Source: Candidatus Hodarchaeota archaeon (GTDB lineage Archaea > Asgardarchaeota > Lokiarchaeia > Sigyniarchaeales > SOKP01). Taken from it: DNA of 25,641 bases. Made by a program: the position numbers and the translations under genes. The notes under the pieces are model-generated. The model was not told the origin of the DNA and did not search any database. It saw nothing but the letters and a program-made list of their open reading frames with translations. Shown here piece after piece: positions 1 through 9,104 of this stretch (its first letter is position 1; each line of letters opens with the position of its first letter). The stretch covers positions 1,371 to 27,011 of the forward strand of contig JBHLJY010000025.1 of NCBI GenBank assembly GCA_048887225.1, given 5' to 3'.

Positions 1-1
1 T

Positions 2-1012
2 CCGTGTTCCAGAAGATCTTTTGGGAGTTTTTTTCTTGGCTGCTGGTTTTTTCTTGGCTGCTGGTTTTTTCTTGGCTGCTGGTTTTTTCTTGGCTATAGC
101 CTTCTTCATAGGAACACGCTTTTCTTTTATGGTTCTCTCGTCCTCCTTTTCCAATAATTCTATTGCTTCAACTATACCTCTTTTAGCGTCTGAATAAATT
201 CTCACTTTTTCATAATCTAACTCAATCATACCTTCGGGAACTTTTTCAACTTTGTCCCAAATAGTTTCTTGTATATTAGTAGTTTCACCATATAGCGTAT
301 GTCCCAAAATAAAGTTTCGTCGTTTATAACCTTTAGGAACTTCAGTTTTAAGAATTTTATCTTTAATTCTATTTTCTTGCTCTACTGTAAGTTCCATTTC
401 TATTGTTGATGTTATTGAAGATTTCCGAATGGGAGGTGAAACAGATCGGTGAGTAGTAGATAGTGAAGTTACAGGTTTAGATACAGAACTTATAGGAGGA
501 ATAGCTATTTTTGGCTTTTGATCTTGTATTTTTGAGGGTGTAATGATTTCTTCTTCTATTTTCTCCACTTTAACAAATTTTGGACCCTCATCGGGTATAA
601 TACCAGCTTCCAACATCTTTTCTCGATCGATGTTGCGTATGTATCGCATATCTGCCAGTTTTTCTGTAACTGGCATAGAAGTAAAATGAAATGTGTTTAA
701 AAACTCCTCTACTTCATCGCCTTGATCTACAGAGACTATCTTGCATCGATGGAATGATGCTTGTTGAACTAATTCGTCTTGAAGCTGACTTGCTACTCGA
801 GAACTTATAAAGCGTTTTCGAACAGCCGATTTTGAACCTTTCCAAATATATATTCTTCTTATATCCTCTTTTACTATGACCGCAACCTGTTCTGGGTGCA
901 AGACATTCATTCCATTATTTTCGCGAAATTCTCCTTCTGTTACATCTAATCTAATTCTTTCGCCAGAATCATCGAGCTCATAGACCATAAAATTTTTGTA
1001 GGCTTCGGTCAT
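2..1012 (-). CDS. Gelsolin-domain protein: one gelsolin fold, S/T/P linker, second unknown globular domain and Lys/Ala/Pro tail; 3' end runs off the window
   Basis: Manual translation from ATG at 1012 (MTEAYKNFMVYELDDSGERIRL...) stays open to the window edge. It has gelsolin-like motifs 'VIVKEDIRRIYIWKGSKSAVRKRFISSRVASSLQDE' and 'KIVSVDQGDEVEEFLNTF' and ends '...AKKKPAAKKKPAAKKKPAAKKKTPKRSSGTR'. Absent from the ORF track, presumably because there is no stop codon in the window. Confidence 0.85.
   Translation of the reverse strand, partial: MTEAYKNFMVYELDDSGERIRLDVTEGEFRENNGMNVLHPEQVAVIVKEDIRRIYIWKGSKSAVRKRFISSRVASQLQDELVQQASFHRCKIVSVDQGDEVEEFLNTFHFTSMPVTEKLADMRYIRNIDREKMLEAGIIPDEGPKFVKVEKIEEEIITPSKIQDQKPKIAIPPISSVSKPVTSLSTTHRSVSPPIRKSSITSTIEMELTVEQENRIKDKILKTEVPKGYKRRNFILGHTLYGETTNIQETIWDKVEKVPEGMIELDYEKVRIYSDAKRGIVEAIELLEKEDERTIKEKRVPMKKAIAKKKPAAKKKPAAKKKPAAKKKTPKRSSGTR
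29..95. repeat. 18-bp tandem repeat (TTTTTTCTTGGCTGCTGG), ~3.7 copies, encoding AKKKPA on the minus strand
   Basis: Exact copies at 29-46, 47-64 and 65-82, plus a partial copy at 83-95. Confidence 0.95.
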
Positions 1013-1158
1013 TTTCGCATTAAATACTTATGATTCATTAATAAATAATTGCTGTGAAAATTTAATCGTATTCTTTTAAAGAATTTATAAATTAGAAATA
1101 TAAAAATTTTATTTGTTTACTGATTGTTCGTGAAGCCTAAAAAAAATAAAAGGTAGAT

Positions 1159-1860
1159 CTAATGGTCATGCATAACATTATCTATACTCAGAACAAATCC
1201 CAGAAGAATTCGTCTATCAGTTTCTTTATCTAAAATTCGGAGTGCATATGTATCTTTAAAATCAAACATTCCACCAAGGAATACGTCCCTCCAACGGTCA
1301 GCTTTCTCAATTTCAGCAACAATTTTTCCAGTTGATAAATCTTTTACTTTAAATGAGAATCCCATAAATTTTCCATCTGCTTCGTACCATCGATTCCCAT
1401 CAGGGTCGGTTAAAAAGAATTTTGGTTTAAATAATGTAAGAATCTTTTTCTTGATTCGTGCTATCATATTCCCTTCAGCATCCTTTAAAGTTTGAGCTCC
1501 GCGGGCACTTATTATTTTCTCATGTATTGTAGCTGATACGGTTCCATCAACCTCGCATAATTCAATTTTTTTTCTGATGCTAAAGATTTTCCGGTGCATT
1601 TTACCGATAATTTGACCCTTATCATCCAAAATATCACCGCTCCCCCAGTCCCAGTACTTTTCCTTTAGAACGTAATAAGTTCGGTTGATATCAAATAATC
1701 CTCCAGGAAAACTGTGTGGTACCTGTTGAGATGGTGCTGCTGTTAGACTTTCAGTTTTTTCTTCTTTTTCTTCTTTTATTATAGATAATTCAGTTCCGCA
1801 TTTTTCACAAAATTTTTGGTCAGATTTTCTAATTTCTACTCCACAATTTGGACAATGCAT
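1159..1860 (-). CDS. Zinc-ribbon + LURP-one/scramblase (Tubby C-terminal-like) family protein
   Basis: N-terminal CPNCG-x9-FCEKCG zinc ribbon. The C-terminal domain has repeated 'D-x-x-G-x-x-(I/V)-(G/A)-x-(I/M)' beta units and ends 'DTYALRI...DRRILLGFVLSID', typical of LURP-one/scramblase barrels. ATG at 1860 (MHCPNCG) is a more likely start than TTG at 1899. Confidence 0.8.
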   Translation of the reverse strand: MHCPNCGVEIRKSDQKFCEKCGTELSIIKEEKEEKTESLTAAPSQQVPHSFPGGLFDINRTYYVLKEKYWDWGSGDILDDKGQIIGKMHRKIFSIRKKIELCEVDGTVSATIHEKIISARGAQTLKDAEGNMIARIKKKILTLFKPKFFLTDPDGNRWYEADGKFMGFSFKVKDLSTGKIVAEIEKADRWRDVFLGGMFDFKDTYALRILDKETDRRILLGFVLSIDNVMHDH

Positions 1861-2046
1861 ATTTTTCTTACCACTCTTTTTCTTTTTAGAACATTGCAAA
1901 TAAATGATTTTTGATCAACAAAAGGGAATAATCTCTTTTAAATTTAAGCTAAGGAGAAAAAGGTATATTAAATTCTCTAGAAAATGTTATAATCAGAAAA
2001 TGTTTTAAATAAATAAATAAAACAAAATAAAAATTATTAGATTATA

Positions 2047-2820
2047 ATGACGAGTATTCCAAAACTTTTAAAACTAAAAGATTATATCACGCTAACAGGA
2101 ACAACTTTGGGAATACTAGCACTCATCTGCGCCTTAATGGGTTCAAGATTTTTTATCTCGTGGGGATTTTTTCTGATAACAATTTCCCTTGGTACAGATT
2201 TATTGGATGGTTATATAGCTCGTAAAACTGGAACACTAAATAAGTTTGGTATAGAATTAGATTCGCTCAGCGATTCCCTAACTTTTGGAATTGCACCTGC
2301 GGTTTTAATTTATCAAGCTTTTAGAACAGGTCAATTGTATGATTGTGTTCTAATGATTGGATGTATTTGTTTTGCTCTTGCTGCAATACTTAGATTGGCA
2401 AGATTTAATATAACAACCGAGAGTGAATTAGGTTATACAGGAGTTCCTACTCCAATGAGCTGTTTAACGATAATAGCATTTTTTTATGGAAATTACTTTT
2501 TCGCATTTGGTTTAGGTGGTATAAGTTATCCTTTTCCACTATTTTCTTACTATTTAATCCCAATTTTCATGATATTAATTGGATGGTTTAATATCACAAC
2601 TCATATTAGGTTTGGTGAAAAAAATAAAAATGTCTACATTATAGTCCTTATTCTCTCCCCAATTGCTCCTATTTTAGGAATCATAGGTCTAATGTCTCCC
2701 AATTTTGAGATTTCAATTGGCATTAGTCTTTTCTTTTTTGTATCTTTTTTTATTTTAATTATCTACTTTATAATAGGCTTTTTTTTGGAGCCTAAAAAAA
2801 AGATTGACGGTTCTACATAA
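2047..2820 (+). CDS. pssA: CDP-alcohol phosphatidyltransferase, PssA/archaetidylserine synthase-like
   Basis: Signature DLLDGYIARK-x6-GIELDSLSD, followed by the PssA-type 'FGIAPA' and 'LRLARFN...YTGVPTP' motifs; multiple TM helices. Confidence 0.8.
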   Translation: MTSIPKLLKLKDYITLTGTTLGILALICALMGSRFFISWGFFLITISLGTDLLDGYIARKTGTLNKFGIELDSLSDSLTFGIAPAVLIYQAFRTGQLYDCVLMIGCICFALAAILRLARFNITTESELGYTGVPTPMSCLTIIAFFYGNYFFAFGLGGISYPFPLFSYYLIPIFMILIGWFNITTHIRFGEKNKNVYIIVLILSPIAPILGIIGLMSPNFEISIGISLFFFVSFFILIIYFIIGFFLEPKKKIDGST

Positions 2821-2866
2821 TCAAAAAATCAGTATTTTAAAGAATCTTAATATTTCTTTTATCTTT

Positions 2867-4786
2867 TTATAATAATCTCATCTTAAATTCTTCTATTTCT
2901 TCAAATATTTCTTCTCTTTCCTTTTGACTAATAATAGGTGCCAATTGTTCTTTATATTTATTAATTAGACTTCTCATTTTATGCAACGTAACGGAAAAGC
3001 CTCTTTTCTCTAAAATAAGGTCAGCGATTTTTTGTAATTCGTTACTAAATTCTTCGCCTGTAGCTGTTTTTAATCTTTGAATTAATAAGTTAAACGCATT
3101 ATTAATTTGCATTCCTAATTCATCTCCAGGTTTTGGTTGAATATTTGATACAAAATTGTCTTGAGTTGATTCAGTTGTTTGCGTCTCAACAGAACCAACT
3201 GGAGATTCATAAGCAAATGGAATTTTTTGGGCTTCTGTTTTTTCAATATGGGGCATTTTCTGAGGTGGTACTTTTATTTTTGCGGATTTTTTTTTTTCGT
3301 TGGTCGATACTGTTTCACCACTCGCAGTAGCCCAAGTTGCTTCGAGTATGGGGGTTAATATGGTTATTAAAGGCTTGAAATTACTTCCAATACCAATAAA
3401 ATTCTCCAATGGGTTTTTTGAGTCCTTGTTGACTAAACAAATTATTATTTTATTATTATCTCCTTTCAGAGCAATTCGGTTCTCGTTTTGAATGTTCCTA
3501 AATTCTAAATTTTTTATATTCTTAAAGCTCTTCACCAAGCTATTCATGTGAGCGTCTGATGAGGCTATTTTGATTCTAAGATTTGTAGGAAGATTTTGAA
3601 ATTGTACAATATTTAAAAATTCTTCAATTTTAGGAATGATAAGTATAACTTCTCCTTTTGAATTAGTAATTATATTTGTAATTTCTTCTAATAATCTAGA
3701 TTTGCTTTTAATTAACCAAAGATCATCAATACTCATTTTTTCAGAATAGATGCTTTTATTTTCAAATTGGTGTATTATACTTTCCATAAGTTTGCTCAAT
3801 CCTGAAAATTGATTCATAGAATCATGAATAATAGAATCTATATTTTTTAATACAAGATTTTCTGCTTTTTGTAAATTACTTTTAAGGCTTTCCTTTTTCT
3901 TTACTATCATTTTCTGAAGTTTATTCATTATTGCCTCAAAATTACTTATTACATTTAGATATAATAATTTGAAATCGTTTACATATTGGAAGCTCTCTTT
4001 AATTTTAGTTTCAATTGGCTCTATGGTTATTTTTTCAATGCTCTCTTCAATTTTTTTAAATTCTTCTTGAATTGATTTTTTTAAATGTAAAATTAAATCT
4101 TCTAACCTCTTTTGTATCTCTGCTTTAAATAGATCTTCAATAATATTAATAACTTCCCCTTCCTTTTTCTTGAGTTCTACTACTTTTATTTTATCAATTA
4201 TGTTATATTTTAGTTTTGGTAGCTCTTTTAATAAAGTTGTAATTTGTGGAAGAAGAACACTCATAATGTTTTGATAGAAGGCTGGTATCATTTCTTTTAA
4301 TTCAGATAATATCTTTTCAGTTTCTTTAAATTTTTCAATGTCAGCTATAATTTCTTCGACATCCTGTTTTTGAATCAAGGCATCTTCTGAGAAATCATTA
4401 AAGATATCTTGAAATTGATTGTAAATGGAATCTATTTCAATTACTTCACTTTCCTCAAAAATCCGATCTAATGAATTTAACATCGATTTATGAATAATTT
4501 CTTGGATATTATTCAAATTAGAGGGAAGATTTAAATAATAATCTAAAATAGATTTAATTGGAGGAATAATCATATAGTGAACAAGAATTTCAGGTTTTCT
4601 TGGTGTTATTTGAACCATTAAATCATGATCAATAAGCTCATCAACAATATTTTTAAAATCATCAGGAGATAAATCAGAAACTAGGGAATATAATTCATTA
4701 TAAGTTAATGGTGATTTTAAGAAACATTCATTGTAAATTTTAATAGCTTCATCTGAGAGTTTTAGTTGTTTTAAAAATTCTTCCAT
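2867..4786 (-). CDS. TrmB-like winged-HTH protein with long helical/coiled-coil spacer, TrmB effector/PLD-like alpha-beta domain and small C-terminal helical domain
   Basis: N-terminus 'LKLSDEAIKIY...LTYNEL...IVDELIDHDLM...HYMIIPP' matches the TrmB HTH pattern. About 270 aa of amphipathic helices follow, then 'LWLIKS...ITNIITNSKGEVILIIP', which resembles the start of the TrmB C-terminal domain. Confidence 0.6.
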   Translation of the reverse strand: MEEFLKQLKLSDEAIKIYNECFLKSPLTYNELYSLVSDLSPDDFKNIVDELIDHDLMVQITPRKPEILVHYMIIPPIKSILDYYLNLPSNLNNIQEIIHKSMLNSLDRIFEESEVIEIDSIYNQFQDIFNDFSEDALIQKQDVEEIIADIEKFKETEKILSELKEMIPAFYQNIMSVLLPQITTLLKELPKLKYNIIDKIKVVELKKKEGEVINIIEDLFKAEIQKRLEDLILHLKKSIQEEFKKIEESIEKITIEPIETKIKESFQYVNDFKLLYLNVISNFEAIMNKLQKMIVKKKESLKSNLQKAENLVLKNIDSIIHDSMNQFSGLSKLMESIIHQFENKSIYSEKMSIDDLWLIKSKSRLLEEITNIITNSKGEVILIIPKIEEFLNIVQFQNLPTNLRIKIASSDAHMNSLVKSFKNIKNLEFRNIQNENRIALKGDNNKIIICLVNKDSKNPLENFIGIGSNFKPLITILTPILEATWATASGETVSTNEKKKSAKIKVPPQKMPHIEKTEAQKIPFAYESPVGSVETQTTESTQDNFVSNIQPKPGDELGMQINNAFNLLIQRLKTATGEEFSNELQKIADLILEKRGFSVTLHKMRSLINKYKEQLAPIISQKEREEIFEEIEEFKMRLL

Positions 4787-5074
4787 TTAATTTTCCAATC
4801 CTCTTAAAACAATTTTCCATATTTTAAATTTCTTCAAAAGAAATTATTAATTTTTAATATAAAAATATTTATTTTTATCGAAAAGAATTTATTCTTTTTT
4901 TATTTAAATATTAACTTAAAGGATCTCTATTAATTTATGCATAGTTTGCCAAACTAAAATGTCCACTTCTAATTTGTTATGATTTTAGGAATTGATTTTA
5001 AATTAAGATTAAATAAGAAGAGTAACATCTTTCACTTATAATATAGATTTTTAAAAAAAATATTTGATGGTACG

Positions 5075-6553
5075 ATGACAACGGAGATAAAAACTATAAA
5101 CGCCGAAGAGGTTATATTATATATTGATTTGACAACAGAATATATTGGTAAAAAAGGTCTAATCAAAGAAATTAATACATTTATCGAAAATAAAAATAAA
5201 TTAGGTATAGACTCTTCATATGGTATAGTCATATTTCAAGAAGAAGATAATCCTATAACTCTATATGATAGCAAAGATGTTAATTCTATCATTAAAATAA
5301 TTGAAGAAAAATGGGAAACAAGACCAAAAAACCAAAGCTATATAGAAAACGGGCTTTTTGAGATACTATCATATATTTTTAGGAAAAGTAGAGAAGTTAA
5401 GAAAATTTATCAAGTAATTATTTTTTCCGATACCCCATCAAAACGCTCAGATGAGTATCAGCAAGCCGTATACGATTTAATTACTAAATCGAAAAAATTT
5501 TTAACTTTCATTGATATTGTTCGAGTTGGAGAGGCCGAATATTACGAAGATGATGTAAAAATAAAAGTTATTACCAGCGAAACTCTCGGAGGTACGTTTC
5601 ATTGTAATAGTAATCAGTTCAGCGACGTTCTTGGCTCTTTAGTTAAGAGTAAACAAGGATTCAATATAATAAAACCAGAGAAGGAACAGGTTTTAGAAGA
5701 AGATAAATTTTTTTACGAGAGATTGGCAGTTGATCTAATCTCTCTTGACCCGGAAGATGAAATAAATTGCTCAATTTGTCAATTTGAATTATGTCCCATT
5801 TGCAAAGCATATTCTGATGAAATACATAAATGTTATAACTGTAATGCAAAATTTCATAATTGTTGCATAGCACATTATTCAATTTCTAATAATATTGGTT
5901 TTAAACATATTTTTCGTTGTCCTAAATGTCAGAATTTATTAAAATTAGACGAGGATTACGTTGATTTAATTTATGAAGAAGATTTAGAAGAAAAAGAGAT
6001 TTTAAAAATCCCTGAAAAAGAAATCTTAGAGGAAGAAATTGAAGCTGGCGAAGATATAAGCGCCATAATTGTAGAAGAAGAGATTGAGGTAGGAGAGGAT
6101 GTAAACGCAGAAATTGTAGAAAAAAATATTGAAGCAGAAGGAGATATAAGCGCCGAAATTGTAGAAGAAGAAATTGAAGTAGGTGAATATTTAGAACCCC
6201 CCCCATTAGAAAATAAACAACCTATTGAGGAAAAACATGAACTAGAACAACCATTAGAAAAGAAAGTAATGCAAACTATAAGTGAATTAAAGATTGATCT
6301 TCAAGAACTCCCACCTCCGCCTCCAATAAAAAAAATAAAGGTTGGGGGTTTTTTTGGGAGAGAAATAGAAATCGGATCTAAGCTAAAAAAACAACCAATT
6401 AAAGTTTTGGAACCACAATATATAGAGGAAAAAAAATCTATTACTGAATTAAAACCTCCAAAAAAAAGGGCATCATTTAAATTTTGTAAAATATGTGGAG
6501 CTTCCGCGAAAGATACAGTTATATGCCCAAACTGTGGAGCTAGTATTGATTAA
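5075..6553 (+). CDS. vWA-like domain + RING/PHD-like zinc finger + acidic repeats + polyproline + C-terminal zinc ribbon protein
   Basis: vWA-like strands 'EEVILYIDLT', 'YGIVIF', 'QVIIFSD' and 'IDIVRVG', ending 'TLGGTFH'; Cys/His cluster CSIC-CPIC-CYNC-HNCC-CPKC; terminal CKICG...CPNCG. Confidence 0.75.
   Translation: MTTEIKTINAEEVILYIDLTTEYIGKKGLIKEINTFIENKNKLGIDSSYGIVIFQEEDNPITLYDSKDVNSIIKIIEEKWETRPKNQSYIENGLFEILSYIFRKSREVKKIYQVIIFSDTPSKRSDEYQQAVYDLITKSKKFLTFIDIVRVGEAEYYEDDVKIKVITSETLGGTFHCNSNQFSDVLGSLVKSKQGFNIIKPEKEQVLEEDKFFYERLAVDLISLDPEDEINCSICQFELCPICKAYSDEIHKCYNCNAKFHNCCIAHYSISNNIGFKHIFRCPKCQNLLKLDEDYVDLIYEEDLEEKEILKIPEKEILEEEIEAGEDISAIIVEEEIEVGEDVNAEIVEKNIEAEGDISAEIVEEEIEVGEYLEPPPLENKQPIEEKHELEQPLEKKVMQTISELKIDLQELPPPPPIKKIKVGGFFGREIEIGSKLKKQPIKVLEPQYIEEKKSITELKPPKKRASFKFCKICGASAKDTVICPNCGASID
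6029..6187 (+). repeat. Degenerate 45-bp (15-aa) intragenic tandem repeat, consensus EEEIE(A/V)GEDISAEIV, ~3.5 copies
   Basis: Units start at 6029, 6074, 6119 and 6164; the DNA motif GATATAAGCGCC...ATTGTAGAAGAAGA recurs. Confidence 0.85.
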
Positions 6554-6629
6554 TCCTTAAATAAAAACCTTCCTACTAACAATTTAGAATATTTATCAAT
6601 GTTAATAAACTAAAGTTAATTCTTAATAT

Positions 6630-6896
6630 ATGATGGAATCAGAGAATAATAAAGAGCAAACCAAGGACCATTATAAAGATATGAAAGTAAATGAAGCAAA
6701 TTTAACTAAAAATCAAGTTATTTTATATACAATAATAATTGCTGCTGCATTAACAGTTTTTATTCTTTCTATGGTGGGTATTGATCTTTTTATAATGCTA
6801 CTTATTATTGGTGCCGTTTTAATTTATGTATATTTAGATAAAGATATTCAAAACGGCGAATTTAAAGAAGCTCCAAATGAAATTAATTCTGAATAA
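6630..6896 (+). CDS. Small membrane protein (two predicted TM helices), function unknown
   Basis: 88-aa ORF with a hydrophobic hairpin (VILYTIIIAAALTVFILSMVGIDLFIMLLIIGAVLIYVYL), co-oriented with its neighbours. Confidence 0.7.
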   Translation: MMESENNKEQTKDHYKDMKVNEANLTKNQVILYTIIIAAALTVFILSMVGIDLFIMLLIIGAVLIYVYLDKDIQNGEFKEAPNEINSE

Positions 6897-6977
6897 GAAA
6901 ATTTCATAAACATAAAATTCTTATCCCTTTTGACTTATATAAATTCGAAAAACTAAAAATTGAATTAACGATGGAAA

Positions 6978-8054
6978 GTGCCCTACTTAGAAATTAATTT
7001 AAAAAAAATCCATCATAATGCGAAGGTTTTGAAAGAAGCATTAAATTCAAAAAACATCTCAATTATGGGTGTAACCAAAGTTATATTAGGGAATCCTACA
7101 ATTGCTAAAAAGATAGTACAAGCTGGAATAAGCTATTTAGGAGATTCTAGAATTGAAAACATTATTAAAATGCGAAAAGAAGGCATAAATGCTCACTTTA
7201 TATTAATAAGAAACCCCTCTCTAAAGGAAATCCCCTCTGTTATTAAAAATTCGGATATTAGTTTAAATACCGAATTATTTATAATTAAGAAACTTTCTAA
7301 AGAATCTATACGGCAAAATAAAAAACATGGAATAATCCTTATGGTTGAGATGGGGGATTTAAGGGAAGGAATAATGCCAAAAGATTTGGAAAATATTGTA
7401 GACCACGTTCTGAAATTAAAGGGTGTTGAATTAAGAGGCATAGGGACAAATCTCAAATGCTTTGCGGGTGTGATTCCTGATGAGAAAAATATGAAAGCTT
7501 TCTCAGAAATAGCTGAAACAATTCAAGATAAGAAAGGAATTAATTTCGAATTTGTTTCAGGTGGTAATTCCGCCAATTTCGATTGGCTAATGTCCACTGA
7601 TAATATCGGATTAATTAATAATTTAAGATTAGGCACAGCCATTTTATTAGGAGTAGGTGGTATTTATGAAACTCCCCTCCCAGAACTTTATACTGATGCT
7701 TTTACCTTTGTTGCGGAGATTGTTGAATTAAAAAGGAAACCACTATTTCCTAAGGGAATTATTACTACGAATGCTTTTGGAGAACCATCGATTTTTAAGA
7801 ATAAAAAAAGATTCCCTGACGAGAATAGATTAAGGACCCAAGCCCTTTTAAATTCTGGCAGACAAGATATTCTTGAAACGAAACTAATCCCTAAGGAGGA
7901 TACTGAAATAATGAGCGCAACAAGTGATTATATCATTGTAGATCTAAAAGATAATGAAAACTATAAAGTTGGGGATGAATTAAGATTTGATATAAAATAT
8001 GAAGCTTTACTCCATGCTATGACAAGTCCATTTATTTCGAAAGTTTTTGTTTGA
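6978..8054 (+). CDS. PLP-dependent alanine/ornithine racemase family protein (fold type III)
   Basis: PLP-Lys motif 'GVTKV', plus 'LGDSRIENI', 'MVEMGDLREGI', 'VSGGNSA', 'INNLRLG' and 'ATSDY', as in ornithine-racemase-like proteins; GTG start. Confidence 0.85.
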   Translation: MPYLEINLKKIHHNAKVLKEALNSKNISIMGVTKVILGNPTIAKKIVQAGISYLGDSRIENIIKMRKEGINAHFILIRNPSLKEIPSVIKNSDISLNTELFIIKKLSKESIRQNKKHGIILMVEMGDLREGIMPKDLENIVDHVLKLKGVELRGIGTNLKCFAGVIPDEKNMKAFSEIAETIQDKKGINFEFVSGGNSANFDWLMSTDNIGLINNLRLGTAILLGVGGIYETPLPELYTDAFTFVAEIVELKRKPLFPKGIITTNAFGEPSIFKNKKRFPDENRLRTQALLNSGRQDILETKLIPKEDTEIMSATSDYIIVDLKDNENYKVGDELRFDIKYEALLHAMTSPFISKVFV

Positions 8055-8093
8055 AAAACCAACTATTAAAGTTATAAAAAATTCTTTTAATTA

Positions 8094-9032
8094 ATGGATG
8101 ATTTAGCTAAAGAGAATAAAGTCAGTCCGACGGTTTCTAAAATTAGTATGCTTTTATCTGCGATATTTATGGGGAACGTTGGATTATTTGTTACATTATT
8201 GGGGCATTATTCAGTTTTTACAATTGTTATATTAAGAGGAATATTTGGAACCATCTTTCTAACATTATTTATGGCAAAATCTCGTTCATTCTCAAAAGAA
8301 TTTTTGAAAGAATCCTTTAAATTACATTGGAAGCCCTTAATAATTAGCGGGTTAATCTACCCATTTATTGTCTATTTTTATTTTTTTAGTATTACTATAT
8401 ATGGCTATGCAATTGCTGCTTTTTTGCTTTATACAAGTGGAATTTTTGTCCTTATTTTTATAATATTGTCAAAGATGGAAAAAGTGTCAAAAATAACTAT
8501 TATAAGCTTCATTTTAGCGATTATTGGTGTAGCGATTATTATGGAAGTTTGGAAAGCAGAAGCTTTTTCTCTGGGGTTATTAATAGGACTACTTTCTGGA
8601 TTCACATTAGCTATTTTTGTTTTTTGTAAAAAGATTATTTACAATAAAAGGAGTAATAATGTAGAAAATTTGCATACAAAAGGAGATTTTGATATTTTTT
8701 TAGCTTGGTTCCACACACTGTTTTTAGTCTTCATATTTTTACCAATAGGGTTTGAAGATCTTCCTAAATTAATTTTAATTGATTTAATTCTTGCTTTATT
8801 ATTAGGTTTAATCCCAACTGCATTAGCTTTTGTTTTACATAATGTTGGAACTAAAAATGATAAGGGGGGGAATATCTTAATATTGGCCTTTTTTGAACCA
8901 GTTGTGGCAACTATAAATACAATTATTTTTCTCCAAATTTTTTCAATTTATACTATTATAGGAGGGGCCTTAATTTTGATAGCAAATATAATTGTATTGA
9001 AATATTCGAGTGAAAGTTATCTCGAACGGTAA
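8094..9032 (+). CDS. EamA/DMT family transporter
   Basis: About 10 TM helices in two repeats; 'AIAAFLLYTSG', 'EKVS' and 'FFEPVVA' motifs. Confidence 0.85.
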   Translation: MDDLAKENKVSPTVSKISMLLSAIFMGNVGLFVTLLGHYSVFTIVILRGIFGTIFLTLFMAKSRSFSKEFLKESFKLHWKPLIISGLIYPFIVYFYFFSITIYGYAIAAFLLYTSGIFVLIFIILSKMEKVSKITIISFILAIIGVAIIMEVWKAEAFSLGLLIGLLSGFTLAIFVFCKKIIYNKRSNNVENLHTKGDFDIFLAWFHTLFLVFIFLPIGFEDLPKLILIDLILALLLGLIPTALAFVLHNVGTKNDKGGNILILAFFEPVVATINTIIFLQIFSIYTIIGGALILIANIIVLKYSSESYLER

Positions 9033-9104
9033 TAAAATATAAAGATAATTTTTAATTGACTTCTATAATTTATTTTTGTGAAGTAAACTCTGAAGTGGAA
9101 ATTA

